From: Octopus vulgaris
Lineage: Eukaryota
NCBI GenBank assembly: GCA_951406725.2
Contig: OX597819.1
Coordinates: 81,964,001-82,028,000, forward strand
DNA length: 64,000 bases
Direction of reading: 5' to 3'
Under the pieces are notes generated by a model. That model worked only from the letters and a program-made list of their open reading frames with translations, made no database searches and had not been told where the DNA came from. Each line of letters begins with the position of its first letter. The first letter of the stretch is position 1. Of the stretch, positions 37,950 to 51,644 are shown one piece after another. A program made the translations under genes and the position numbers.

Positions 37950-38270
37950 GTTCAGCTATACTTTGCCCCAGAAGGATTCATATATATCTTTTTGCTCCAA
38001 CAACAACATACATGAAGCTGAAAGTGTATCTTGGGAACCATTGGTCCATAGATGCCCTCTTTCCCTCGAACTTTTCTAATCACATTGGTGTCCAGAGGAC
38101 AGCTGATTTCCACAACAGACTGTACGTTTCCCCTATGGGCCCAAACAGCAATATTTGGCCAGTTGTGCTTTAAATTGGTGGCCATTTCACTTTTCAAGTT
38201 CGACCAATATTCGTTTGACCCTTCGGTCTGAATATTGCTGACTTCGTCCGCAGTTGTTTTCTTCTTAGTT
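37950..38270 (-). pseudogene. RLE endonuclease fragment of another R2/R4-type non-LTR element
   Basis: EYWSNLKSEMATNLKHNWPNIAVW...VVEISCPLDTNVIRKVRGKEGIYGP resembles W....HNRPDIV.W....VEISCP.D.N...K..EK...Y. Confidence 0.65.
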
Positions 38271-38406
38271 ATACTGTTATATGTATGTATGTCGGTGTGT
38301 AAGGGTATATGTGTATGTATATATACGTATATATCTATATGTACATATTTATAAATACATACATAGATATACATACATACACACACACGCACACACACAC
38401 ATACAT

Positions 38407-38459
<53 letters not shown>

Positions 38460-39199
38460 AAACGATTCAAATGTTGTCCTTCTTCAATTGCAGTGGCATG
38501 TATTTGGACAACAAAGACGAATAAGGATATATCAAATAAATCCTTGGTTCATTGAAATCACAATCACTTCCATAGAAGGTAGAATAATTACTTAGTGACA
38601 ACTGGCACATACTCCCAATGAGAAGGAGAGATAATCTGAAGAATCGAGAATTTTCCAAAATAGACATTTCATTAAGAAAAAGACATTTTAATTGTTGGAA
38701 GACAAACAAGAGAATAGCACTTTGACCGTGTTTATTCCTTATTAGACATCATAAGCAATACGTTTGGTCTTTCTTTCTCTTAATGGCATCTCACTTTCGG
38801 AGGATTCATGGTCCTTGAAAGTATTTCTCCTTCTAATTTGAAGTTTGTAACATTTGCTACCAAGTGATCAGTCTTCCCCGTATAGAAGTGGAGATAACTT
38901 CATCAAATCTACAAATGATTCAGTATTTTATTCAATATATCCTTCTGTTGTGAGAATGAAATGAAATGGATGAGATATCGATTTTTTGGATACTTGTTCT
39001 GTATTAGTATAGAAGACAAGAGTAAAAATAGAAAACAACGAAAAAGTGTAAAGCAAAATGCACAGATGAATCAACCTGGAGTAATAGACAGGAAAGGAGT
39101 GGAGTTAATGGTTTGTAGCAGAGAAAAACAAACGTGCGCTAAGTAAAATAATTCAGCACTGGAGCACAGAGATGATGTGTGATTGAGTTTACGTAGTTG

Positions 39200-39860
39200 T
39201 GTATGTGTGAGCTAGAATTGGGAGTTAGCTGTGAGAGAAGTTATGTGCGAATGTGTCTGTGTTTTTGAAATACATACTGGTGGTGTGAGTGTGAATAAAG
39301 CTTGTATTGCAAGGGTTGTATAAACAAGGCATCATAGCATGTGTGGGTTGGTCTGTGATTGACGGGTGGTGAAATGAGTGGAAATGGAAGATTAGAAATC
39401 GGGTAGTGGAAAATATCAAAGGAGTAGTGTGATGAACATGTGTTGACATTTATCAGCGCGCACGAGTGTGTGTGTGTGGCGAAGTTAACGAAAAGCTAGA
39501 CAGTTATTCATAGATGGGGCAACTCTCTTTAAATCGTAGATTAGCTGTTGTACCCAACAATAACGGAAAATGGTGGTCTCGTGGTACACTACATCCTTAA
39601 AAACTGTGAGCTACAGGTAAGAGTATTCTGAGACTTGAAGTTGTGGGCTAGAGAGGTAAATGATTCTTGCTACATTGAACTTCAACAAATTACTTCCTAA
39701 TGCATTCAGCCTAGTTCCACATGTAAAATGCACTAGATGACCCTTTTGGTGGTGGAGGTCCCCGATATGGAAAAAATAGCTCTGACCGTGTAGGGTGGTG
39801 ATGCTTCGTAGATGAAAGGTCGTTATAACGGGAGAAAGAGCAGATACAAGATAACTCGAT
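39200..39860 (-). mobile_element. Possible decayed PLE remnant
   Basis: PVITTFHLRS...DL resembles the PLE post-RT linker (P.VLTYHP); followed on the minus strand by a CA-rich tract like 700-1110. Confidence 0.3.
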
Positions 39861-42800
39861 TTGATGAGGATTGAAATATTTGTTGCAGGTTGATGGGGAT
39901 TGAAATATTTGTTGCAGGTTGGCAAAATAGCTGTCAATAAATTTTAGGTAACTAAAAATGCTATATTAATATAACTTTATAGTATAAGAGATAAACTTCT
40001 GGCGTAACGAGACTTCAACTCATATACAATTGCGAGTGGTCGTGATTTCACTTGCCCTTCTAACGTTCTTGAGAAAGACACAGACGCCAATAATTTCATC
40101 TTCCTGTTTTTAGAGACAATATTGCTAATCAGCTGCCAGCAGATATCTCTGAACAAGAACAGTTAAAAGATTTTGCTTATTTTTGCACTAGAAAAAATAA
40201 AATAAAATTTAGAAAGAACCCGCTGCAAATTATATCATTTTTATTATACATAATCACTTTAAGATAAAAATAAAATTTATCTGAAAACAGATTTGCACAA
40301 AATTTAAACCAGCCTGTTTTATAGATTATTTTAACATATACTGTTAGCACAATATTTTTTTATCACATTGTTACGTGACTATAGATTGTAGTGGAGGATC
40401 ATAATCATAATCTATTTGGTACATAAATTGTACTTATAGCTTTTGATAGCGATTTATACTTAGAAAATGCAAAAGGAGGCAACTAAATATGATGACATGC
40501 CTAATGCGTTACGGTTTCTACCATTCTGCCACTTTTTAAAACTATGTTGCCCTATCTTGTAAGAATTAACTCAGTTTCATACATTTAGAATGTCTAAAGC
40601 ATTGTGCCTCACGCCAAAGAAACATTATGTAACCATAATATTGAATTTATAGACACAAGGCCTCACATGTTTTGGAAATTGTTTCCAGCACCTAAATAGT
40701 AGTTATTTCATTGATCCCAAAAGGATTTGAACTCCCCGTCATAATATCAGTAAGCCTCTAGTGCTATTCCATTTCAAAGATCAACTGTAAACTAATGATT
40801 TATTACTACAGCACCAGTATATAAAATGACAAAAAGTATTTTGAGAAAGAAATTTAATTTTATTAAGCTAACAATTTACTCAGTCTATAAGATAGGATAA
40901 CAAAGAAGTTAAGTATTGTAAAATAGTAATTCATGTGAAAATTCAATTATCTTATATTTTAAAAGAAGTTCTTTTCTAAACTTAATTTAGTTTGTATTTC
41001 TTAAACGTTAAATAAATAAATAAAATACTATTACTATTTATGGTCTTTATTTTGTTGTGTAAAAAATAACTTCCAATAACGAGATAATGTGTGCCTTTAT
41101 AATTGTGAAAGTTAACTATAGGCCACTTTAATTTAGTGTAAGTAATGAATTAAAGTATAACAAATGCATAGTTTGTAAAATCAGCAAGAGACAAATTTGA
41201 GTCCTTAGAGAGCATCGGATAGAATGAATCAAGATAGTTGTACTTCCACTCGGGACTCTGATTTCAATTCTTAGAGTTGCTAAGCTTGCTTTTTTTGTCC
41301 TTACAGGGTTGATAAAAACGTATGATGGAACTGCAATACCATCGGACGGTTACTGTTTGGTATTTGTTCTACCATTTTGCAATTTGTATTCAAATCCTGC
41401 CATGGCTTTTGGAGTTATTTGCTTAATCTATGACCGCTATTAATACCACCTGTCGTTTTGGGTACTTTTAGCAGAGTCCACTCTGTTTCGACCTTTCATG
41501 CCCGGTTTGCGATCTGAGGTCACCTTCCTCTATTCCACTCTCCAGTTTTGAAAGAATTGTTATATAAGAAACAACACAGATACATTATATTTTCAATTCT
41601 TGAAAATGAGATTGTGGAAGTTTAGAGAAGTCGAATTTGAATCTATTACTATTGTTCCAAACTAGCTTTAAAATTATAAGAATATGCGAAAAATTTAAAA
41701 TAAAAAAATAGAAATTGAATCAGTCGTGTATATAATAAAATATGTGTGTACGTACATACATACATACATACATACATACATACATACATACATACATAAT
41801 ATGCGTATTCCTATAATGAATTGTAGAAAACAGAAAACGCAGGGTGGTCTTTCTGCTATTTGTTTTAAATTTCAATGCAAAATCTCCAGTGTAGCTTCTA
41901 CATACTCAATATTTTTTGCTCTCAGCAAAACTTATCATCCGTTATATATTTTTGACAATTTCATTTTGCAGAAGTTCCACAAACTATCTTTCCTATTGTC
42001 AACTTAAAAGAAAGCTGTGTGAAGTCATTATGAACTGAAGTTTTTCAAACATCTTCCAGCTGTAACAAAATGTTAGTTATCGTGTTGAAGGAACGATCTG
42101 TAAAATTGTTGCCTTGGTAATATGTGTCAAACATGCTTATTTCTTTCAAATTCACTTTCGACTTTTGACTTGATAGATTCAAGTTTGGTTTTCTCCAAAT
42201 GCTATCTCTTGCAGTCAAGTTCTGAATATATCCTGTTGAGCAAAATATTTCCGACTGAATGTTAAACCGGAAGGCACGATTATATCAGCAGGCATTTGAT
42301 CAAAACATCCAAATTGGATGTTCTGGAATAAAACCGTATAGCAAAATCATATGTCCTATAATTTGTGCATTATAGAATCATTCGATGAAAAAAATACAAT
42401 ATGTTTCAAAAACAAAGAAACATAATAATGCTCTATCTTTATATATGACATCACTTGAGATAAGTTAAATGTTATTTTACGCAAGCTCTAATTATAAACA
42501 CTCATCATGACAATTTTATGAAAGTCTACAGAGGGCGCAATACCTTCAGCAATTCTATTTTGTTAGAGCTGAACCCTTAGTCATTGATTACCATAATCTA
42601 ATCTGCAAGACAGCAGTTCCGATTCTGTTAGGGTGTTGCACGATAGCGTTTAAACTATTTGAACAAGGACGATTATAGGAGTTCACCAGTCAATTGTTAT
42701 TTTCAGTCCATCGATGCATTACATACTCATCTGCATGGTGTATAGCTGGATTAGTGCTGCAAAATTCAGGACCCTATATTGAGTTAAGGTGATATAGTAA

Positions 42801-44279
42801 TGCAATTTACTCTGAAATTCTTGCAGGTTTTACTGTTGCTTATCAGAACTTATTTGTGAATATTGTCCGTTAAAAGGTAACTTCATTCCAACCCTAGATC
42901 TTGAATCTGCAGTTTAAAGTCATACCTAAGATTAATTAATCCCTATTGCTGCCGCTCGAATAATTATAACCATTATGATTCTTAATACTTAAATCAAATG
43001 AAATAATTAAAGCAAGATTAAATGTAATCTGAATTTTAAAATTTAATGATATTCTGAGGAAAGATTTCATAAAAAAACAACTTCATTCTGTTCTTTATAC
43101 CTAATGAAGCGCAGAAAATATATCAAATAAGTAATAGCTAGGGTGAAAAAATTCAAAGCGAAATCAAACTTCAAAAGTACACATGTACCTTTGGAAGACT
43201 GATAACAAAATGAAACTACTAAAACTTCTGATCACTGGCCTTTTCAATTAATCCTTTTTGAACATTTTTAGCTGATTGTGATTGACTATTGTAAGCAGTT
43301 TCCTTAAGAGTCAAGCTGACATAGAAATTGACTATTCAACAAATGAAGCTCCACATAGCTGTACAGTCTACTAGAAACAATAACTATATATTCCTTAAAT
43401 CACAGCCTACCGTCTCACAGAAACCAAGGTACACTAGGTAACGTATTCAAGATATACTTTGAAATAATATCAGATGGTGATAATTGAAAGGCTTTTAAGT
43501 ATGGGCTTTTTCTTCGTCAGAGATAATCCGTGGCTAAACAAAAACAAACTGAAAACGAACTTCAAAGTTATTGATTCGATACGTCGGCGCCTTACATAAG
43601 GTGCAACAGAGTTCTGTTTATTTGCACTGAACCTTTCATAAAAATAAAGTTCAAAAGAAGTTGTCACATACAGTGCAAGACAGTAAAGAGTTTACTTTTC
43701 TCCATTACGTACTAACAAGATTATGTACTGGACATCTGTACAACAACAACCTTAGGCGTGATCATTCATTTAAAAGACAAAAGAATATGGTTGTTCCGAG
43801 TTGTAAAGAAACTATATAAATTCAGTGCTAGATATATCCTTCATATCACTTTTGCTGAAGATTATTTCATACATGCTAATATACGAACTTCTCCGTGGTC
43901 GACCAATCTAGTAGAACTACCAACCAACTGATCATCATATCATGTCCAGCTACTTTAGAAAAACAGGAAGGACAATGCTATAAACTTTGCCACAAACAAA
44001 TGAACTACAGTGTGGTTATGGGTCAAAATCTGTGAACATAGGTATCGTCGAAGACAGCTGACTGAACTTAAAAAACAAAGCGACAGGTGTATGTCATCAC
44101 AAACTATTATTTATACTAAAAGGAATAGCAACTTGCAGAACTTAACTGAAACAATTACATTTTACCATAGAGCCTATGATTTAGTAACTATAAGTACTGA
44201 ACTGGCAATTTTAAATGACAAGAAAAGGTTGATCATGATAGAGACATCAGGGTGAAACTCCGACTAGATATATAATAGT

Positions 44280-44615
44280 ATTCTTTTATTTGTTTCAGTC
44301 GTTTGACTGCGACTATGCTGAAGGTTGTTAAAGGTTTTTGGTCGAAGAAATCGCCCCCAGGAGTTATTCCTTGTACATATTCTATCGACCCATTTTGGCG
44401 AACCGCTAGATTATGGGGATGTAAACACACCAATATCGGTTTTCAAGCGATGTGGTGGTGGTGATGGGGGGCAAGCACAGCCACAAAAACACACACATAT
44501 GACGGGACGGGTTTCTTTCAGTTTCCATCTACCAAATCCACTCACAAGGCTTTGGTGGGTCTGAGGCTATAGTAGAAGAAACTTGTCCAAAGTGCCACTC
44601 GGTGGGACTGAGCCT
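44280..44615 (-). mobile_element. SINE family A (5' end missing)
   Basis: Collinear with 10585-10960. Confidence 0.85.
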
Positions 44616-46214
44616 GAGAAAAAAATAATGATTTGTAACATGGGTACAAGACTGAGGATTAAAGACAAACTTCACCTCAGGATGATTTCATTTCAAAAGT
44701 AAGAAGCTGGAACAAAATACTGTAAAGTATTTTTGTCCAATGCTTTAACAATTCTTCTACTCAGCGCCCTAGTAATACTACAAATAATAATGTTCATACA
44801 ATATCAGTGGATGAAATATTTAACTTTCAACTTAATTATTTATTTGAATGCTATAAAGTCAACACATGCAGAATTCGAGCCCAGCAAAGTGCGAAATAAA
44901 GCATGATGTGAAGTACCTAGTCCAGAGTCCGATAGTCTCCACTGTATTAACCTTAATCTTCCTTGGTTAAATTTAAAATATTTTCAGAAACGGAAATAAT
45001 ATTGGATTAAACATTTCAATAATGGGAATTATAAGCGATGTTAGAGCATACTGCTTAGGTTCTCAGTTAAAGAGGTCTTTGTTGTGAGATTTCATTTATA
45101 AAGAATATTTTACACCACATTGGCTCATGAATGTTCCTGTTCATACCACTCGTGTTGAGCACTCTTAATTTTCTTGTTTTATAATTTGTTATTTTGATTT
45201 TCAACCATAAGTGCATGAGATATTACACATGACATGTTTAATTTTTCTACCTACTTCTTAGCTGAACCTCTAGAAGTTCTTCCGAAATCTATAGACTTGC
45301 TCGTGTAATGTCAGTTTGACACAGATATATTGTTTCTTCTTAGTCAAACTTTAACAATAAGGCTGGGCCAGTGTTCACTTGATTTTCTTTTGCAAAAAAT
45401 TATTAAAACTGAACTTTAGATTATTAATATAGTTTCTTTTTGTTTGCTTTTTATTTTGAAGACAACACATGACCTAAGAGTAATAAAGTAAAGATTAATG
45501 AAACATTAATGGAGTTTTCATATGGACACATTGCATCTCAGTTTTGATTATAGCGAAGAACCGTGTCTTTCCTACCGAAGAGGATATTAAAGAAATTGAC
45601 AAAGAAAAAAAAAATTCAAGATATACCAACGGAAGAAATCAGAAACCAAACGTTTTCTTAGCTTATTTCCAAAATGCCTTGAGTATTTTAACATCAGACA
45701 GCAGTAATAAAATAAACTGAATATCTTTAGTAAAGTAAAATAGTAGCCGATATCTCCTCCAAGAATATATTAGAAACTTTATCAACTTACATAAGTATGA
45801 TTAATAGCTTTTATAGCTATGTAAATCATTACTGTTGTTTAACCTCAGAAAAGGCTTCATGGAGCACATCTATGACAAAAACCTCCCAGTTTTGACCATT
45901 CTGTATTTTCGTACGACTAAGTCGCCATTTAAGGTGTCCGGTTTTGAAGTCATTAAGGTGTTGTTTTATGGTGTTTTTCGAGCAACTTTCTAGAAGCTCC
46001 CTTGTTGGTTTGCAATCATATAAGAGGAAAACGTAGTACAGAAATAGCAAATAGCAAAGCACAAAAATTGCAAAGCACAGTGTCTGGGCAGACGTTGACC
46101 ACCAACACACACATAAGCAAATAGAGAATAACTCGAAATGCTCTTATCAAAAATTAAATAGCAATATGTTTATGAAGTTATATTTCTAAAGGAGTTAACA
46201 AGTTACTGGAAACA

Positions 46215-46310
46215 ACTGCACGGCAACTTGGTCAAGTGTCTTCTACTATAGCCTTGGGTCAACCAACGCCTTGTGAAACAATTTGATAGACGGAGACTGA
46301 CAGAAGCCTG

Positions 46311-46371
<61 letters not shown>

Positions 46372-47920
46372 TATATATATATACACATTGGGTCATCTCA
46401 TAGATAATGTGGTGCTTTTCTACTTCTCTTATTTTTCAAGATTAAGATAAAGCTCTTTTTTAAACTAAAATATACTCTCCATTTTCTACAATGCTCTTCC
46501 ATCTATCTGGTAGACTTGCAAGGCCCCTCTTTCAAAATTCACTTGTCCATGACGAAAAATACTCCTCCAGTACTGTTCTGACCTCGTCTACAGAATTCAT
46601 ATTTTTTCCGTCCAAATGATTTTGAAAACTTCGTAATAAATGATAATAGGATGGGGAAATGTCCGGCATATATGGTGGGTGAGGCATTGTTTCCCATTCA
46701 AACTGCCCCAGCCATTGGAACGTCATCCTCACTGTATGTAGTCAAGCAATATCCTGATGGAAGAACACTTTCCGTCTTGAAAGGAAAGATGGTCGTCTTT
46801 CTTCCAGCCCTGACATAAGCTGCTCAAGCTGTTTACAGTAGATCTCCATTGTTATCATTTGATTTTAAAAGTTCAAAGTGGACTTAACCTTTCATATCCC
46901 ACCAAACACATAACAATACCTTACATGAGTGAAGATCTTCTTCAGCCCAAGGTGCCGGTGTTTCTCCTTTCCCTACCCACTGTCTTCGGTGCTTGACATT
47001 TTTCATAGAGAACCTATTTCTCACCACTAGTCACTATTCGGTTCAGAAAATGTTCAGTCATGAGACGTGACACCAAAGCTCACGTGTTCACTCTCTACAC
47101 GCGATTAGACTCGGAAAGTTTTTGAGGAACCGATTGACCCAATTTGTTGACTTTTCCGATGGCATGCAGGTGCCGATGAATGGTTGAATCCAAGCTTCTC
47201 TGCTACCCCCTCAAGAGTTACCATGTGATTTTGTTCCAACAGAGTTTGCAGGACGCCCTCGTCGAGCTCTACATATCTTTCAGGATGAGGCTTGTCTTCT
47301 AGGCTGTAGTTTTCTGCTCGGAATTTCTGAAACTACCGTTGACACTGGCTTACGCTTATTGTCCGATTCCCATATACATAATTAATATTCCTTGCACTTT
47401 CCTTTGTGTTGTTGCCTTTATTGAACTCATAAAGCAAAATATGCCGAATATGCTCCTTTGTCACTTCCATTATAGCTTTGAAAACATAACTGTTTAAATC
47501 GAACTGCACTCTACAAAACTTGCAGTAAGAATAGGTATAACGTAAAATTACTATCTGCTTTTCTAGCAAGTTGATGCAAGTAGTTATCCCGTCCCTCTCC
47601 AGCTTTTAGTTCAAGCAATTGAAAAGAAACCGAATTATTTATGGGATGACCCAATATATATATATATGTATGTGTGTGCGTGCGCACGCGCATGTGTGTG
47701 TATTGTGCGCGCGCACGTCTTTGTATATGCTTGCCCCCACATCACTTGACAACTAGTGTTGTGTTTAAATCCACATAACTTAGCGGTTCGGTGAAAACGC
47801 CCGATAGAATAAGTGACTGACTTTTAAAGAAATAGATAAGACCGATCTAGCCAATAAAAACCCTTCGAGGCGGTGACTCAGTATGTCTGCAGTTCAATGA
47901 GTGAAAAAAAGCAAAAAGAA
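46215..47920 (+). mobile_element. SINE family A split by a mariner in its internal (TA)n
   Basis: Left arm 46215-46312, TA tract, mariner, TA/TG tract, right arm 47720-47920. Confidence 0.8.
46388..47654 (-). mobile_element. Full-length mariner, same family as 18042-19329, decayed
   Basis: TIRs TTGGGTCATCTCATAGATAATG and ATTATTTATGGGATGACCCAA|TA. Transposase remnant 47470->46460: MEVTKEHIRHILLYEF ... HPPYMPDISPSYYHLLRSFQNHL. Confidence 0.92.
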
Positions 47921-48794
47921 ATGGTGCCCCGGGGGTGATTTCTGGAAGAATTAATTTAAGCTGCACTCATCAAAGTTCGTTTCTTTCCTTTCTTATATTG
48001 TCGTTGTCGACGTGTACACTTTTGGTGTAAATAATTCACCATAACTATATTTATATTTACATCTTAAATTGATGGCTAGGTAAAATAAATACCTTGCAGC
48101 ACTTTATTGGCCAATGTATTATGTAACTCACCGACTGACCTCTTACATTCGTCCCTAATAATTCATAGATGCATTTTCAATAGGGTACATTAACTTTCTG
48201 AACATGAAGCCATGTTAAAGAAGCCGTGTAATTTGTAATCACTGAAGGTAACCAGATCTGCTATCTTATTAAATGTTGGATCAATTGCTTTTACATAAAA
48301 TATTGACAACGCAGCATATGTTAGAAATGAACAGACGCTGTGTTTTGAATATTTATATATATCAAATGGCTTTTCTGAACTCTCTTCTGGCAGGAGATAA
48401 CTAAAGATTAGAATGCTGCATTGAGATTCATTTCCTAACGGAATCAGAATTTGTTGTTAAAAATATTTCCATATGCTGTATATTATATGTAATTTATGAA
48501 TTTTAAAGTTAGTTGGTCGATAATTCAGAAAATTCCAATCATTGATGCCAAGTAGGAAGTTTGGATAAATCTTGAAATGACAAGAAATGGCAACTGTAAT
48601 CTTAACATTATGGTACACGAGGAAATATATTCCAGATATTCCTACCAGCTTCAAAGCAACTTTTTTTTTTATTTACAAATCTCTGATGTTAGTTCTTATT
48701 TTGTCTATGCATCAGTCTTTTAGGGTAGCTATTAATTTCTAGTAGTTTTCCTTTGCCACGAGTTTTCCTTTCAATCATATCGTCGTATATGATC

Positions 48795-48831
<37 letters not shown>

Positions 48832-48832
48832 T

Positions 48833-48863
<31 letters not shown>

Positions 48864-49919
48864 GTGCGTGTGTATGTGTGCGCGCGTGTGTGTAACATAT
48901 ATGATATATACATACATACGTTCATACCTACATTCACACACACACGCACGCACATGACTTCTATTTACCATATCTAAAACCACTATAAACACGATTCTTA
49001 TGTATAACGTACATAGGGTATTATATAGTACTATGATATATTTCGTCGGGTCTGGCGCATTGCAAATCGCTAGCCTAAAGATATACGTAATATTTTTGTT
49101 TATACTCTCTTTATTCTGAAATTATAACAAAATAGTATAACTAGTATGAGTTAGAATTTGTTTCGCACTAATAATAAGCATTTCTTTTAGCTTTACGATC
49201 TGAGTTCAAAGTCCACTGAGGTCGATTTTCGAGGTCGATAAAATGAATAAGTAGTAGATGTCTGAGATCGATGAAATCGATTATCATCTTCCCATGAAAA
49301 TTCAGGCTTTGTGGCAATAGTAGAAATGATTTATATGCTTGTATAAGTACACACATGTTTATGTTTATAAACATGCATGGGAGACCCGTTTTCTATTTTG
49401 TGTCTAGGAGATACGAATGTGTCAGAAGGGAACTCACATTTTCTGAAGAGGTACCAATAACATCCCTACAGTCTGGCATGGTTCTTCTACTTATCGGTAC
49501 AGAAACGGTCAACATGACTGAATTCATATCACCCTGAAAGTATAGCCTTGATATTTCTCACTATCTCAAGAAAACCAAATAAACCAAATATTTATTCACC
49601 ACTGAAGTCACGGTTTCTCGACAAGATCAGAGCTCTATATCATGCAGATATTCATGAAAGAGATAGCTGTTGTAGCTGAAACGTATCCAAAGTGGTCGAA
49701 CCGGAGATGGAACCCGTTTGCTGGCGAACGTTAATTATGACCTAACTTCCTATTCATGTAAGGGGCTTAATATTTGCGACACAGATATCTGATGAAGATG
49801 CAGAAAGTTTCCAATAATGCTTAAGTTACCATCACGAGGAAAAAACCTGCAAAATTTACATGTTTAATTTGCTCTTGAGTGTGTCTATGCGAAGTAGAGT
49901 ATCTATGGTGTTTATTTCA

Positions 49920-49920
<1 letters not shown>

Positions 49921-50009
<89 letters not shown>
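49921..50009. repeat. (ATCT)n tetranucleotide microsatellite
   Basis: Direct observation. Confidence 0.97.
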
Positions 50010-50010
<1 letters not shown>

Positions 50011-50201
50011 ACATATATACATACATACAGATAGACAGACACACACACACGTATATATATGGATACATACATATAAATATATATTTATATGTATATATAT
50101 ATATGTATGTATACTTATACATACATATAAATATTTATTTATATATATGCATGTGTGTATACGCGTGCGCGCACACACTCAAACAGATACACACACCCAC
50201 A

Positions 50202-51644
50202 TACTTGGTATGCCAGCAAATTTTAGATTCAACTTCGGACCTTTTGTATCATATGCTTAAAGACAGCTTAATGGAATTTTTCTAACATTACTGGGCTCCA
50301 GTTTGAGCGAGAAAAACGTTGATTACTCTCCAAGCCCACCAAAAGAATAGTGATGATATTTTTCATTGACAAAAATAACATTTTGATAAATAATAAGCCA
50401 TAACTCAGGATTGGGAGCTCATAAAAGACTGGAATGAAATTCGAATGGAATCTTAAAAGTTTTATTTCAAAATCACATAGACCATCCTGGCCGAAATCCT
50501 ACCTTTTAGTTAAGAAATTGCAATTTTTTGGAAATGACCTCCGCAACCCTCTTCCTGACTGTACCACAAGCTTTCTTAATGAATTCATCATCAATGTCCT
50601 CCTTCCTTGTCCAACGACCGGAGTCTTTGAGGGCTTGCAGGTTACTGTGGGGCTTCTCGCTAGCTTTTTGTGATCACTTGATTCCAAGTGCTAAAGTCTA
50701 AAGGGTTCAAATCAGGTGATGAAGGGGACCAATTGTCCTTATCTTAAAACCTGTTCTTAAAGTCATTCCAGAGAAATTTGTGTGATTCATCTTGCTATAA
50801 TGTAAACTTGAAGAGTTTAGCGATCTTGCTGGGATTTCTCTCGCCTCTTGCTTCAGGATATTCAGAAAGAATCCAGGTCTTTACATCTTTCAAAACCTGA
50901 GCAAAAACCTCCTGTCAGTCTCTCAGCCTTCTCAAACATGATCAATGGCATCTTCTTGCCATCAGTCGAAAATCATCACCTCAGCAGGGATTTTTCTCCC
51001 GGAAATGATATTTTTGGCTCTCCAGAGCCAGAGCCATCTACTCGTGTGCGAATCTTGGGTGAAATTTTTCTCATTTGTGTAAAAGATCACTCCAGAATTA
51101 TGTTTCACTTTGTTCAAGATGAGCTTCACCCTCTTCAACCTTCTAGCCTTTTGGCTTCGAGTAATAAGGCGCTTCACATGTCTCACGTACGATTTCCTTT
51201 TCAAGTCTTCTGTTACCACTCTTTAAACTGCTATAGCTAAAGCCCCTTTCTTACCTGCCAAGCGTCTTGTGGATTGAGTTCTATTTTTCTAATAGCTCTT
51301 TCATCTCCAGATTGAAATGAAGATCCCTCTTTCGGTTATGTCCTCTTGATCCAGTTTTCTTCTCCACTATTCCCTTTTTCTCAGACTTATTCACAACTCT
51401 GTTGATGGTTCTTGAATGCTGATACACTGAAGATTTGGTGTAGACATGGCGTAGCAGGTACAAAACGACTTCAGCCTTTGTAGCTAAATATCTAAATGGT
51501 TATTTCACTGATTCTTTCAAAAACTGGTGTCAGTAAGGCTAGATGTCTAACCGGGAAGATTTGGAAAATTGTAAATCGATTAGCTTATTGGTTTTAAGAA
51601 GTTTCAAGAATTTGTTAGCGCGACACCTGTGCTAGTACATCCGG
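50202..51644 (-). mobile_element. Decayed maT/DD37D-type Tc1/mariner element
   Basis: EDLKRKSYVRHVKRLITRSQKARRLKRVKLIL...IFYTNEKNFT and WSPSSPDLNPLDFSTW; degenerate TIRs TACTTGGTATGCCAGCA and TACCGGATGTACTAGCA. Confidence 0.7.

Noticed and set aside
39865-39922. Short two-copy tandem duplications (also 17258-17310, 52606-52665, 58631-58710)
   Set aside because: Ordinary 26-44 bp local slippage duplications with no shared motif.
42828-42877. AG...GT-bounded segments as exons (also 20408-20448, 21466-21480, 59713-59756)
   Set aside because: Weaker donor sites and no recognisable peptide; expected by chance.
49789-49815. CTGATGA...GAAA hammerhead-like match
   Set aside because: No pairing for stems I, II or III.
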